Source: a bacterium (GTDB lineage: Bacteria; Patescibacteriota; Minisyncoccia; Phycocordibacterales; UBA12088). Taken from it: DNA of 64,000 nt. Positions 1-10,167 of this stretch are shown piece by piece; positions within the stretch are counted from its first letter, which is position 1, and each line of letters starts with the position of its first letter. A program made the position numbers and the translations under genes. The stretch covers positions 7,127-71,126 of the forward strand of contig QKEV01000011.1 in the NCBI GenBank assembly GCA_003252295.1, read 5' to 3'. The notes under the pieces are model-generated. The model worked only from the letters and a program-made list of their open reading frames with translations, was not told the DNA's origin and did not search any database.

Positions 1-376
1 ATAAAAATTTTGGTTGCACACCGTCGAGTACATAGAGGTAATTTGTAGCTAAGAAAAAAACACTTGCACTCACAGAAAATGTAAGGATCCGTTTATGCTG
101 TTTCGTTCTACCTGTAAAACTTGCTACAAAATAAATAAAACTAACTGGAACAAGAATAGCAGCATAATGAAGAGTGATATTAAAAACATTAGCAACCTCG
201 GTAGAAGTTGCATTTATCATTCCCAAATACCCAAGAGCCCATATCGTGGCAGATATTGAAAGCAACATCCACCACCCATACGCCCGACCTCGATGATACA
301 AGGTAAGTAAACCAGACCCAAATGCAATCAATGCACCTAGTAAAAGTACAATATTCCAATAATCTAACTCTAACAT
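1..376 (-). CDS. Membrane sensor N-terminus (HisKA_7TM-like, probable histidine kinase), truncated by window edge
   Basis: Hand translation from ATG 376: MLELDYWNIVLLLGALIAFGSGLLTLYHRGRAYGWMLLSISATIWALGYLGM...VPVSFIYFV...DGVQPKFL. Successive TM helices, frame open to position 1. Not in the ORF track. Confidence 0.6.
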   Translation of the reverse strand, partial: MLELDYWNIVLLLGALIAFGSGLLTLYHRGRAYGWWMLLSISATIWALGYLGMINATSTEVANVFNITLHYAAILVPVSFIYFVASFTGRTKQHKRILTFSVSASVFFLATNYLYVLDGVQPKFL

Positions 377-381
377 GTATC

Positions 382-2043
382 CTAAAGGTACTTATTGCCC
401 AACGAGACTATTTCCGGTTTTGATGAAAAAAATAAAGAAAGTTCCTTCAAAGACGGATAAATAATATTTGATCCATGGTGTGGCTCTATGTGAATATCCC
501 CAAGATAATTTTCACCATGCATCCGTGCAACTGCATACGTATTTAGTTTACCATCAAGTGCATAGATTGCAGACTGTGGAGATGAACAAGCAACATGGGG
601 ATTAGTAATCCCATATGTATGCCACCCATCAGGCACACTGTCTTTACTTATGTAACCGTGCCAATGACTAATAGCAACACCGTCCTCTTCAACCATCTTT
701 CCGTAGACACTGTTTTCATCTAAGTGTTTCTCTATTGAAGCAATGATCACATTTCCAAGAGCGTGTGCAAGTATAACCTGTGTATCAAATGATGAACGCA
801 CTCCTTTGTCCAGAACAAGAGCTGATGGTAACTGCAATTGCATTTGACCATTTGATAAACCTAGTTTTATCAGATCATTCGCAGGGTCCATGTGCACCTT
901 GTTACAACCTGAACGTTGTGTGAGTACCCAAACATCAGGTAGGAGAATACAATGTTCGACTTTATTAATCTTAAACTTAAAAAGCAAACCTTCTTTGGTT
1001 TTAAAAAGCGACTTATCTTCCTGTGCAATAAAATCAAAACGTGCTTCTGCATCAGCAAGTGGTAACACCTTTGGCAGTTTTGTTGGCATCTGTCGTGCCA
1101 AAAATCCATAGCTCATGCCATTACGCTGATCCATATGTATCGAACCAATCCATCGGTAAAGTTTTGATCTAAAAGGTAGATCAGCAACTTTTTTACCACT
1201 AGGCCAAAGTCCTGACTTGGCCAAAAGCTTACCTCCTTCAACCATATCCTGAACATGCGACTTGTGTTTTTGGTCACCATGATCAAACCTGTTCTTTAAG
1301 ATTGTAAACTCATCCATATGAATAGGACTTATTGGAGCTGCGAGTTTAGGGATAATATTACTTAACAGTGCATCTTTTAGATCAGCATTAAGTTCATACA
1401 CTGGATGAGATGCATTAAAATTGTACACGACAAAAAAATCACTACCCAAACCTAAAACCAGATGTGACATGTGTCGAGCAAACATGTTCATTGCTGTTTC
1501 AAAATGAGTTTCAAAATCTGAATCACGCGTTACATGTTCTGGAAGTTCAATGATTGTGACGACAGAGCTACTCTTGTAGCTACTCAACCAATCGATTGGG
1601 AGCTCCTTTTCATCATGTTCACCGAGAGAAATAATGATAGTTCCAGGTGCAACACGAGATCTGCGAAGACTCTTTTTTATCGCATTTACATCAAAGTAAT
1701 TTTCAACTTGTTTTCCAGTAAGTTTTTCATAGGTACCTGCAATAAACATTCCGGCTATCCTAAAGAAACGCTTAATAACCTTGTTAAAAGGTAATGTAAA
1801 ATGTACTGATTCAAATGGCACAACCTTAACGCCCAAATCTTTCATTGAACCCTCGAGTCTTTGAGAAAATTCACGCATTTTTGCGGTAACATGTTTTCCC
1901 TCTTTAGGAAAAAAAGTTACTCCAGTGAGCGTGTGTGCCATTTCCTCAACTTGCGTAGGAACATCGGTCGCTATCCCCAGTAGACCTTTAATTGTTTTTT
2001 CCTCTGGAAATTCAATATTGTATGTAACTTGTTCTTTATGCAT
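382..2043 (-). CDS. Uncharacterised 553-aa protein; C-terminal His cluster (HWHG...HIEPHHG) reminiscent of a class II aldolase-like metal site
   Basis: Long ORF whose stop lies 5 nt from the next start; motif resemblance only. Confidence 0.55.
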   Translation of the reverse strand: MHKEQVTYNIEFPEEKTIKGLLGIATDVPTQVEEMAHTLTGVTFFPKEGKHVTAKMREFSQRLEGSMKDLGVKVVPFESVHFTLPFNKVIKRFFRIAGMFIAGTYEKLTGKQVENYFDVNAIKKSLRRSRVAPGTIIISLGEHDEKELPIDWLSSYKSSSVVTIIELPEHVTRDSDFETHFETAMNMFARHMSHLVLGLGSDFFVVYNFNASHPVYELNADLKDALLSNIIPKLAAPISPIHMDEFTILKNRFDHGDQKHKSHVQDMVEGGKLLAKSGLWPSGKKVADLPFRSKLYRWIGSIHMDQRNGMSYGFLARQMPTKLPKVLPLADAEARFDFIAQEDKSLFKTKEGLLFKFKINKVEHCILLPDVWVLTQRSGCNKVHMDPANDLIKLGLSNGQMQLQLPSALVLDKGVRSSFDTQVILAHALGNVIIASIEKHLDENSVYGKMVEEDGVAISHWHGYISKDSVPDGWHTYGITNPHVACSSPQSAIYALDGKLNTYAVARMHGENYLGDIHIEPHHGSNIIYPSLKELSLFFSSKPEIVSLGNKYL

Positions 2044-2201
2044 TGCAAATATAATTATTTCAAAAGCAAATCATATATTTATTTGATTTGCCCTCTGTAC
2101 AAATTTCTAAACCAAAACAGAGCTCATTTTATAATGAGAAATTTTGTAAGCGTTCCAGTATAACATGACCTGGCAAGTATAAATGCTGTGCTTGTTGCTT
2201 A

Positions 2202-2981
2202 TTATATATTAGAAACTGGTTGAAGTTTCTTTTTTTTCACCAGCATCCTGAAATCCTCTTTTACCAAAGAATTTTTTTGTATCATTACATGAATCTCTTT
2301 CGTTATCCGACTACTTGCTGATGAAAACTTTTTGTCACCATCCTTGATTCCAGCAAAAAGTTCTTTCCTCTGTATCGGTTTACCAAAGCGAATTATTATT
2401 TTTTGACGACCAAAGAAAATTCTCCAATAAGATAGGTTAAACGTTCCCGTAATAGCAACAGGGACCACTGGTAAACCAGTAGTCCATGATAAATACGCAG
2501 TACCTCCCTTATTTTTTATTGTCTCACCTTCTTTCCTTTGTCTTCCTCCAATAAATATAAGAACTGTCTGTTTACTATTTCCAATATCAACCAATGTTTT
2601 AAGAGATGTTCCATAGTCATGCGTCCCTTTTATTGCAGGATAGGCCCCCATCACTCTGAAAAACCAATCACTGTAGGCAAACTTTCTCCAACCATGCCAA
2701 TCGTACTCTTTTCTCTCTCTACAAACGGCAAACAGTGTACTCTTTTTATTAAAAATTGGCAGTGTGGTACGTATCAAAACTGAATCAAGCTCACTGACAT
2801 GATTCGAGGCATATATGTAGGGACCATATTTTTGCTTTTGAATATATTCTTCACCTTCAACAACCACCTTGAACACCATTTTAAAAAAGATAGTAGCAAA
2901 AACAGCAGCAGTACCTTGTACAAGGTGATTTACCATTATCTTATAACGTGGAAATGCATTCTCTGTTTTTACCTTACTCAT
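2202..2981 (-). CDS. plsC: 1-acyl-sn-glycerol-3-phosphate acyltransferase family (PlsC-like)
   Basis: NHVSELD (HX4D) catalytic motif, LPVVPVAI block, IRFGKPI. Confidence 0.8.
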   Translation of the reverse strand: MSKVKTENAFPRYKIMVNHLVQGTAAVFATIFFKMVFKVVVEGEEYIQKQKYGPYIYASNHVSELDSVLIRTTLPIFNKKSTLFAVCRERKEYDWHGWRKFAYSDWFFRVMGAYPAIKGTHDYGTSLKTLVDIGNSKQTVLIFIGGRQRKEGETIKNKGGTAYLSWTTGLPVVPVAITGTFNLSYWRIFFGRQKIIIRFGKPIQRKELFAGIKDGDKKFSSASSRITKEIHVMIQKNSLVKEDFRMLVKKKKLQPVSNI

Positions 2982-3029
2982 ATTAGTATGTATATACATT
3001 AGACCACATATTAGAAAAAAAGCAATCGT

Positions 3030-3530
3030 CTACCCTTTTACCAGAACTGGAATGCTGATAAGTGGGGTGATGAGCCAGACGAAGAGGGCTTGCGACGAGG
3101 TGAAAATGGTGTCGAACAGCGGACTGAAAGAGTACAGTAGGTGGAGGTCGGCACAATGGCACAGAAGCGCTATACACAGCCCTGTCGAGACAACCGACAG
3201 AGTCACCATCTCAATCCACCGCCACAGTGTATTAGGCTGATAGTTGGCATCGATATGATCTTTTAAGACATAGAACACACCTGCCATACTTGCTGCAAAG
3301 ATAACAAATGAAACATATCTTGCAAAAGCAGTACCCTCTACTGCACCGTAGAAAGGAAAAAAACTTGTGATGAGTACCGATGGATATAAAGAAAAAAGGA
3401 AAATGAGCAACTTGCTTTTTCCTTTTGTGAATCCAAGCGTAACAAGTAGTGCACAACACAACAGCACGCCAAATATATCAATTGAAATGTTTCCTATGAG
3501 ACTAAGTGCAGTTTCCGTTGCGCTAGACAT
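3030..3530 (-). CDS. Hypothetical integral membrane protein
   Basis: About 5 hydrophobic segments; immediately downstream of dnaJ. Confidence 0.7.
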   Translation of the reverse strand: MSSATETALSLIGNISIDIFGVLLCCALLVTLGFTKGKSKLLIFLFSLYPSVLITSFFPFYGAVEGTAFARYVSFVIFAASMAGVFYVLKDHIDANYQPNTLWRWIEMVTLSVVSTGLCIALLCHCADLHLLYSFSPLFDTIFTSSQALFVWLITPLISIPVLVKG

Positions 3531-3539
3531 GTATACAAA

Positions 3540-4604
3540 CTAGATACCTTCGTCTCGCAGTGTCTCAATAGCCTTCTTTGCATTCCGGGAGAGCTTGCTT
3601 GGTACCTGTATGTCTATTTTAACGTATAGGTCCCCTCTGCTGCTACCACCCTTAGGCACACCTTTTCCTTTGATACGTAACTTTTCTCCAAACGAAACGC
3701 CTTGTGGTATCTTGAGAGTAAGTTCGCCGTCGAGTGTTTCTATCTTCTGTGAGTTTCCTAAGAGTGCATCAGTGAGCTTAATAGAGAGTGGCATGATAAG
3801 GTCGTAACCCTGTTTTATAAAACGCTTATCGTTCTCAACATGCACCTTGACGTAAAGGTCTCCCGGCGTACCTCCAGGTACCGCTTCTCCACCCCCAGTG
3901 AGGCGGACCATCTCTCCATTGTTTATTCCTGCTGGTACAGCAATAGGAACCTCTTCCTCGATACGTGTTACACCAACACCGTCACATTTCTTACACTTTT
4001 CTTTTGGCACCTTGCCCTTCCCGTGACACGTCTCACACACACGTGTTGTGGCGAACGTGCCAAACATTGTCTGCTTTGCTTCATGTACCTTACCTTGCCC
4101 ATTACAGGTACTACAGGTCACTAGCTCACTACCTTTTTTTGCTCCAGTACCATCACACTCATCACAGGTACCCACCTTAGTTAAGAGCACTTTTCGCTTC
4201 ACACCAAACACAGCTTCTTTAAACGTGAGCTCTATATCAATAGAAATGTCACGCCCTCGTCGCTCCTGTGACCTACCTCCACCAAAGATATCGCCAAAAA
4301 TATCGCCAAGATCAAACTCTACCTGTTGTCCACCAAACCCTTGAGCAAAATTTGAAAAATCAAAACCACCTGCAGGACCACCTCCTCCAGCACCGTTAAA
4401 AGTCCTGCCGTATGCATCATACTCAGCACGTTTCTTGTCATCAGAGAGCACACTGTATGCCTCACCTATTTCCTTGAAACGCTCTTCATCACCACCTGCT
4501 TTATCAGGATGGTACTTGTGCGCCAATTTGTGAAAGGCTTTCTTTATTTCACTCTTTGTGGCACCCTTCTCAACCCCAAGAACTTTGTAGTAATCTTTGC
4601 TCAT
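3540..4604 (-). CDS. dnaJ: Chaperone DnaJ
   Basis: J domain with HPD, G/F-rich linker, four CxxCxGxG repeats. Confidence 0.98.
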   Translation of the reverse strand: MSKDYYKVLGVEKGATKSEIKKAFHKLAHKYHPDKAGGDEERFKEIGEAYSVLSDDKKRAEYDAYGRTFNGAGGGGPAGGFDFSNFAQGFGGQQVEFDLGDIFGDIFGGGRSQERRGRDISIDIELTFKEAVFGVKRKVLLTKVGTCDECDGTGAKKGSELVTCSTCNGQGKVHEAKQTMFGTFATTRVCETCHGKGKVPKEKCKKCDGVGVTRIEEEVPIAVPAGINNGEMVRLTGGGEAVPGGTPGDLYVKVHVENDKRFIKQGYDLIMPLSIKLTDALLGNSQKIETLDGELTLKIPQGVSFGEKLRIKGKGVPKGGSSRGDLYVKIDIQVPSKLSRNAKKAIETLRDEGI

Positions 4605-4716
4605 TAATTTTCAATTTGAAATTTTTAATTCTTAATTTTCATTTAATTTTTAATGAAATAATTTTAAATTAAACAATTAAAACATTCATTACAAATTAAA
4701 AATTGAAAATTATAAA
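4605..4716. repeat. AT-rich 7-nt-periodic imperfect inverted repeat filling the dnaK-dnaJ spacer
   Basis: Left arm of AATTTTY-type heptamers (taattttcaatttgaaatttttaatt); complementary right arm (aattaaaaattgaaaatta). Confidence 0.75.
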
Positions 4717-6618
4717 TTACTCGGTTTCTGCGTCTCGTACCTTCTCCTCGCCATCAGTATCATCTTTTTTATCATCTTTATTTTCCTTATCTTCTGTTGT
4801 TTCAGAAGAAGAAGCTTCATGTTTACTCACCGCTTCACCAATTTTCTGCATTGCAGTAGAAAGCTCATCTGAAGCTTTTCTGATATCATCTCTCACTGTC
4901 CCCTCCACTGCTTTTTTCAAAGCAGTAATCTTTTCTTCAACTTCAGTCTTTATTGAAGCGTCCACCTTGTCACCATAATCCTTGAGTGACTTCTCTGCGG
5001 TGTAGATAAGCTGCTCTGCTACATTCTTTGCTTCAATGAGTTCACGTTTTGTTTGGTCATCTTTCTCGTGTGACTCAGCATCATTCTTCATTTTATCTAT
5101 CTCTTCGTCTGAGAGACCGGAACTTGCCTCGATCTTGATTGATTGTTCCTTACCTGTCGCCTTGTCCTTTGCTGTAACATTCAAAATACCATTTGCATCC
5201 ACATCAAAGCTCACCTCGATCTGTGGCATGCCGCGAGGTGCAGGGGGAATGCTATCAAGAATGAAGCGTCCAAGTGACTTGTTGTCAGTCGCCATCGCAC
5301 GTTCTCCTTGTGTGATATGTATTTCCACCTGTGTCTGGTTATCAGCAGCAGTAGAGAATGTCTGACTACGTTGTGTTGGTATGGTTGTGTTTCGTTCAAT
5401 GAGTTTAGTAGAGACACCACCCATGGTCTCAATACCAAGCGAGAGTGGTATAACATCAAGCAAGAGAATATCTTTTACATCACCCTGTAGAATACCTGCC
5501 TGAATAGCAGCACCACTTGCAACCACTTCATCAGGATTGATACTCTTGTTTGGCTCCTTACCAAAGAGATCCTTCACTGCCTTCACAATAGCTGGCATAC
5601 GAGTCTGTCCTCCCACAAGGATAATCTCATCAATGTCACCTATACCAAATGGAGACGCTTCTACAGCACGCTTTGTAATAGTGATCGAACGTTCAATGTA
5701 CTCACTTGCGAGCTCTTCGAGTTTTGCACGAGTCAACGTAAGGAGAAGATGTTTTGGACCATCACTGTCTGAGGTAATGAACGGTATGTTTATCTCAGTG
5801 TCTGTTGTCGTTGAAAGCTCCATCTTTGCCTTCTCAGCTGCCTCATCGAGACGCTGCAGTGCAAGCGGGTCCTTCGTCACATCAATACCAGAATCTTTCT
5901 TGAACTCATCTGCTATCCAGCGCACAATCTTCTGGTCAATGTCACGACCTCCCATATGTGCATCACCATCGGTACTCTTCACCTCGATTACATCATCACC
6001 AACCTCAAGTACTGACACATCAAATGTACCACCTCCGAAGTCGAAGACTACTATTTGCTCATCTTTCTTTTTGTTGAAACCGTACGCAAGTGCTGCTGCA
6101 GTTGGCTCGTTGATAATACGCTTCACCTCAAGACCTGCGATCTTACCAGCATCCTTTGTTGCCTGACGTTGTGAGTCGTTGAAGTATGCAGGGACCGTAA
6201 TCACTGCCTCGGTAATCTCCTCACCAAGCTTTCGCTCTGCGTCTGCCTTGAGCTTCTGGAGAATCATTGCGCTAATCTCTTCCGGTCGGTACTGCTTATC
6301 ACCCATAGCAATGAGTACACCACCGGTGTCACCCTTCTCAACCTTGTATGGGACTATCTCCTTATCCTTCTGCACCGCGTCCTCTTCAAAGTTGTGACCA
6401 ATAAAACGCTTGATACCATAAATAGTGTTCTGTGGGTTCGTAACTGCTTGTCGTTTTGCAACAACACCTACAGCACGTTCCTTGTTCTTACTGATTGAAA
6501 CTACTGATGGAGTAGTACGATTACCCTCCTCATTTTCTATGATCTGTGGTTCACCACCTTCAACGTACGCCATTGCTGAATTTGTGGTTCCAAGATCTAT
6601 TCCTAGTATTTTTGACAT
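4717..6618 (-). CDS. dnaK: Chaperone DnaK (Hsp70)
   Basis: [32 protein letters not shown] motifs. Confidence 0.99.
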   Translation of the reverse strand: MSKILGIDLGTTNSAMAYVEGGEPQIIENEEGNRTTPSVVSISKNKERAVGVVAKRQAVTNPQNTIYGIKRFIGHNFEEDAVQKDKEIVPYKVEKGDTGGVLIAMGDKQYRPEEISAMILQKLKADAERKLGEEITEAVITVPAYFNDSQRQATKDAGKIAGLEVKRIINEPTAAALAYGFNKKKDEQIVVFDFGGGTFDVSVLEVGDDVIEVKSTDGDAHMGGRDIDQKIVRWIADEFKKDSGIDVTKDPLALQRLDEAAEKAKMELSTTTDTEINIPFITSDSDGPKHLLLTLTRAKLEELASEYIERSITITKRAVEASPFGIGDIDEIILVGGQTRMPAIVKAVKDLFGKEPNKSINPDEVVASGAAIQAGILQGDVKDILLLDVIPLSLGIETMGGVSTKLIERNTTIPTQRSQTFSTAADNQTQVEIHITQGERAMATDNKSLGRFILDSIPPAPRGMPQIEVSFDVDANGILNVTAKDKATGKEQSIKIEASSGLSDEEIDKMKNDAESHEKDDQTKRELIEAKNVAEQLIYTAEKSLKDYGDKVDASIKTEVEEKITALKKAVEGTVRDDIRKASDELSTAMQKIGEAVSKHEASSSETTEDKENKDDKKDDTDGEEKVRDAETE

Positions 6619-6673
6619 GATGGTTTAACTTAGATGTATAAATGTTCCGAAAGTTACTTTCGGGGGCTGAATG

Positions 6674-7258
6674 TTATGTTTTATCCTGTAGCTGCGCAAC
6701 AACAACTTTTGCTGGTCGCACAAGCTCACCATTAATAGTGTATCCCTGCTGAAAAACTTGCGCTACCGTGTGATCTTCTTTTTTCTTTTCTGTCGGTACG
6801 ATACTCATACACTCGTGTACATTTGGATCAAATGCCTCACCGGGAGCACCAAAGCGTTCTAAACCCTCACTCTTCAGTGCCTGATGAAACTGGCTCGCGA
6901 TTCGTTCTACTCCTTGTCGCCAGTTCTCATCGACGTCGTGCCAACTTTTTTCCTGCATTGCGGCTTCAAACGTATCGAGGGCTGGGAGCAGTTTTTCAAT
7001 AATAGACCCTTTGATACGTGATTCATTTCGCTCCCTATCTTCTGCAACTGTCTTACGAAAGTTCACGAGATCTGCCTTTGATCGTTGCCAACCCGCAAGG
7101 TTCTCATCTCGCTCATGCTGAGCCTCTCGTAACTCAGCTCTGAGGGCTTTTAGTTTATCCTTAAGGGCAGCATTAGTGACCTCTTCTGTTTCAAGTTCTA
7201 TCTCGTCACCAGTCTCAAAATCTATTGAAATCTCCTCATTTTCCGCGCCTTTTTTCAT
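6674..7258 (-). CDS. grpE: Nucleotide exchange factor GrpE
   Basis: ADLVNFRK, FDPNVHE, GYTINGELVRPAKVVV; lies upstream of dnaK. Confidence 0.96.
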   Translation of the reverse strand: MKKGAENEEISIDFETGDEIELETEEVTNAALKDKLKALRAELREAQHERDENLAGWQRSKADLVNFRKTVAEDRERNESRIKGSIIEKLLPALDTFEAAMQEKSWHDVDENWRQGVERIASQFHQALKSEGLERFGAPGEAFDPNVHECMSIVPTEKKKEDHTVAQVFQQGYTINGELVRPAKVVVAQLQDKT

Positions 7259-7266
7259 GGGTCATT

Positions 7267-7294
7267 ATTATAACGTTACAAACAGGAATGTCAA
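7267..7294 (-). promoter_or_regulatory. Consensus sigma70 promoter of grpE-dnaK-dnaJ (near-leaderless)
   Basis: TTGACA (7294-7289), 16 nt, TATAAT (7272-7267), then 8 nt to the grpE ATG. Confidence 0.75.
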
Positions 7295-7436
7295 TTTTTA
7301 GTACATATGCAGTAACATTTTTTCGACGTCACACATAGCAAAAAAGATGACAAACCATTTGAAATAGGTACACTGTCAAAAGGTAAAGAGACCATTTACA
7401 ACAAACAGTAAGAACCTGCCAAAAGGAGACTCATCA

Positions 7437-8207
7437 ATGACCATAGGAGCAATTATTGCAATAGGTGGTGGTGAAATTTGTGTTCCCCAAAAAGAACCAG
7501 AGACACTAGGGATTGATGTTGCTATTGTTGGATTGACTACTTTTCTTACACAAAAAGAAAAACCAAACCTCTTATTCATTCCAACAGGGGCATGGAGTAA
7601 GCAAGGTGGTGAAGACGACATACTGTACTGTGCTACTGCATATAAACATTTTCGTCAACGACTGGGATGTAATTTTGAATCACTTCGCATCATTGCTGAT
7701 TGCTTAACAACAAAACAAATAGAACAGAAGATGCATTGGGCTGATGTGGTATACGTCGGTGGAGGTAATTCACGCAAGATGATGCAGGTATGGAGAGAAA
7801 CGGGTACCGACCAAATACTCACACGCGGGTACATGGAGCATGGGCTCATACTCTCAGGTTTGAGTGCAGGATCGATCTGTTGGTTCAAGCACAGCATTAG
7901 TGACTCTGAAAGATGTGAAGGCAAAGAAGATTGGAAACCTGTATGGGTACGAGGACTCGGGTTGATACAACGAGACCATAGCCCACACTACGACACAGAA
8001 CCTTGGCGTAAAGAACACCTTGTAAACAGAGCAAAGAAACGTATAAAAAGTATTGTTGCTCTTGAAAACAACACCGCACTTGTCGTGATGAATGAGCAGT
8101 TCAAGATTATTTCTTCACAACCAAACAAGCAGGTGTGGAGAATCACCTGCAACGGAAGCTCGCCTATCCTTCAGGATGGTACATGGAGAGACATCGAAGA
8201 GCTGTAA
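7437..8207 (+). CDS. Peptidase S51 / dipeptidase E family
   Basis: AIGGGE, FIPT, YVGGGN, GLSAGS nucleophile elbow, SPHY; SD AAAGGAG. Confidence 0.85.
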   Translation: MTIGAIIAIGGGEICVPQKEPETLGIDVAIVGLTTFLTQKEKPNLLFIPTGAWSKQGGEDDILYCATAYKHFRQRLGCNFESLRIIADCLTTKQIEQKMHWADVVYVGGGNSRKMMQVWRETGTDQILTRGYMEHGLILSGLSAGSICWFKHSISDSERCEGKEDWKPVWVRGLGLIQRDHSPHYDTEPWRKEHLVNRAKKRIKSIVALENNTALVVMNEQFKIISSQPNKQVWRITCNGSSPILQDGTWRDIEEL

Positions 8208-8210
8208 CAT

Positions 8211-8246
8211 TAAAAGACCTGCCAGTATACACTGCCAGGTCTTTTA
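8211..8246. terminator. Bidirectional intrinsic terminator
   Basis: taaaagacctg...caggtctttta between convergent genes. Confidence 0.65.
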
Positions 8247-8285
8247 TACATGCAAACACATGGAGGTTTATAAAACAAATCATTC

Positions 8286-8720
8286 CTACAACCAGTGTCT
8301 TAGTTTCCACAATCTCCGTAAATATTGTAAATTCTTGCCCTTACCTCTTTCGCTTCTCTCCTGCACGGTACACCACTTCTCCTCATGTACGTACTCATGC
8401 AACCGACTTTCAGAAAGTGTCTCATCCACTACATAGATTAGACACGTATCAGGATCAATATTTGCTTCAGGTTCATCATTCATTTTGTACCACCAGCCAA
8501 AAGAGTTTCGCAAAAGACCAAAATTTACGTAACTTGTTGGCACGAGAACCAATGTTATACCACTCTCATGTACGTCACACATTTCACATTCACCAGGAAA
8601 GTTACCTATTAGTTGTGCAGCATAGGACAAACCCTCACAGGTAGAGCATCTTGGTATAGTGGAATGTACATTTGGATCATACTCAGGATGCACAGGACAC
8701 CATTCATTCTTGTCTATCAT
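8286..8720 (-). CDS. Hypothetical protein with two CxxC pairs
   Basis: ORF with GAGGTG SD before ATG 8720; CSTC and CEMC. Confidence 0.55.
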   Translation of the reverse strand: MIDKNEWCPVHPEYDPNVHSTIPRCSTCEGLSYAAQLIGNFPGECEMCDVHESGITLVLVPTSYVNFGLLRNSFGWWYKMNDEPEANIDPDTCLIYVVDETLSESRLHEYVHEEKWCTVQERSERGKGKNLQYLRRLWKLRHWL

Positions 8721-8848
8721 GCAGCACCTCACTGGTTGAATTACTCTAAGGTTCGTAACTATATCAATCTGCTTTCAAGGTACCGCAATACATAAAGAAA
8801 GCAAGCCGTATGTTTCCATGCAGCTTGATGTAGTACATAACGTAACAA

Positions 8849-9514
8849 CTACCACTGTATTTCAGTTTCTTGATGTTCCTTGAGGTATGTATTTGCCTTG
8901 CTGAAGTGACGACACCCAAAGAAACCACTGTTTGCACTGTATGGTGACGGATGTGCCGCCTCAAGCACGAGATGCTTTTCTCGGTCTATGAACTCACCTT
9001 TCCTCTTTGCGTAGTTACCCCAGAGCATGAAAATGAGATGCTCTCGCTCATCATTGAGCTTCTGTATTACTACATCGGTAAATGCTTCCCATCCTTTTCC
9101 CTGATGACTTCCCGGCTGACTGGCACGCACGGTGAGTGTTGCATTCAAGAGGAGCACTCCCTGTTGTGCCCATTTTTCCAGGTTGCCACTCTCAGGCATC
9201 TCAACCCCAAGATCACTCTTGAGCTCTTTGTAGATGTTCTGGAGCGAGGGCGGCATACGCACTCCTTCCGGTACCGAGAAGGACAAACCATGTGCCTGTC
9301 CTGCACCATGGTATGGATCCTGTCCAAGGATCACCACTTTCACCTTTTCAAAGGGGCACAGATCAAATGCATTGAAAATATGTTTAGGTGCAGGGTACAC
9401 CTTTGCAGTCTTATACTCATCTTTCACAAAAGCGGACACCTTCTCCCAAGTATCCGTTGCAAACACATCAGCAAGCTCCCTTTTCCATGATGCTTCTATA
9501 CGTACGTCGGTCAT
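8849..9514 (-). CDS. ung: Uracil-DNA glycosylase (family 1)
   Basis: GQDPYH, PPSLQNI, LLLN, HPSP motifs. Confidence 0.98.
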   Translation of the reverse strand: MTDVRIEASWKRELADVFATDTWEKVSAFVKDEYKTAKVYPAPKHIFNAFDLCPFEKVKVVILGQDPYHGAGQAHGLSFSVPEGVRMPPSLQNIYKELKSDLGVEMPESGNLEKWAQQGVLLLNATLTVRASQPGSHQGKGWEAFTDVVIQKLNDEREHLIFMLWGNYAKRKGEFIDREKHLVLEAAHPSPYSANSGFFGCRHFSKANTYLKEHQETEIQW

Positions 9515-9533
9515 GAGTAACAGTTTACCATTT

Positions 9534-9803
9534 TTATAAACTTACCTCATAGGCACCCTCTCCACCGTCCTGAAGCTTAGCAGGTTTCCAGTCGAGTTCA
9601 TGTTCACGCAAGTACGCTTGCACTTTGAACGGCAGCACCGGACCATGCTCTGAGTGCACCCCCTTGCCAACTATGATGCGTACTCGTTGCCACCCCTCTT
9701 CCAGTGCTTCCTCGAAGAATTCATCGAGACCCATGTGTGCCTCATCAGCGGTACACCCATGTAGGTCTAGCTCAGCATCTACTATCTGTTCATACTTGTT
9801 CAT
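9534..9803 (-). CDS. Stand-alone Smr/MutS2-domain protein
   Basis: LDLHG, IIVGKGVHS, GGEGA motifs. Confidence 0.92.
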   Translation of the reverse strand: MNKYEQIVDAELDLHGCTADEAHMGLDEFFEEALEEGWQRVRIIVGKGVHSEHGPVLPFKVQAYLREHELDWKPAKLQDGGEGAYEVSL

Positions 9804-9841
9804 GCACGCGAGTATACACTACCAATAGCTACTTTTTCCAA

Positions 9842-9959
9842 TCCCGTTAGAGACAGGTCATACAATGACCGTACAACATGCAAAGATATACCACCACGTA
9901 TCACACATGTGTTATATTCTCTGTTTTTTACAATACGAATATTCTAGTCTCTAACGGGA
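9842..9959. mobile_element. 118-bp MITE-like element with 13-bp TIRs and 4-bp TSD
   Basis: TCCCGTTAGAGAC (9842-9854) and GTCTCTAACGGGA (9947-9959) form a perfect inverted repeat; CCAA is duplicated at 9838-9841 and 9960-9963. Confidence 0.85.
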
Positions 9960-10127
9960 CCAATCCTCAATGATTATTTTCTTCCCAGATTGACGAACGA
10001 CAAGGTTTTGCTTATCACGCCACTTAAGGTTGCGCACCATCTCAATAGGAATTCTTACAAAAGCACTTCCTCTTTTTGTTTTTGTAAGTTTTCGTATGTT
10101 TCTATTTTCTACTGCACGTCTTCCCAT
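9951..10127 (-). CDS. AbrB/MazE/SpoVT-type DNA-binding protein (58 aa, missing from ORF track)
   Basis: MGRRAVENRNIRKLTKTKRGSAFVRIPIEMVRNLKWRDKQNLVVRQSGKKIIIEDWSR; S-x-x-V-x-I-P swapped-hairpin pattern; TATAGT 6 nt upstream. Confidence 0.8.
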   Translation of the reverse strand: MGRRAVENRNIRKLTKTKRGSAFVRIPIEMVRNLKWRDKQNLVVRQSGKKIIIEDWSR

Positions 10128-10167
10128 ACATGCACTATAGCATCCATATGATAAACCATATGATTTA

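Noticed and set aside
40-70. Frameshift at the A7 tract in the 7TM sensor gene
   Set aside because: Counting bases keeps the frame open (VFFLATNYLYVLDGVQPKF).
5036-6628. Long antisense ORFs over dnaK (also over uvrA, ftsZ and the P-type ATPase)
   Set aside because: Shadow frames of conserved genes with no motifs or expression signals.
7259-7436. hrcA gene or CIRCE operator upstream of grpE
   Set aside because: No TTAGCACTC-N9-GAGTGCTAA seen; the upstream gene is a divergent peptidase.
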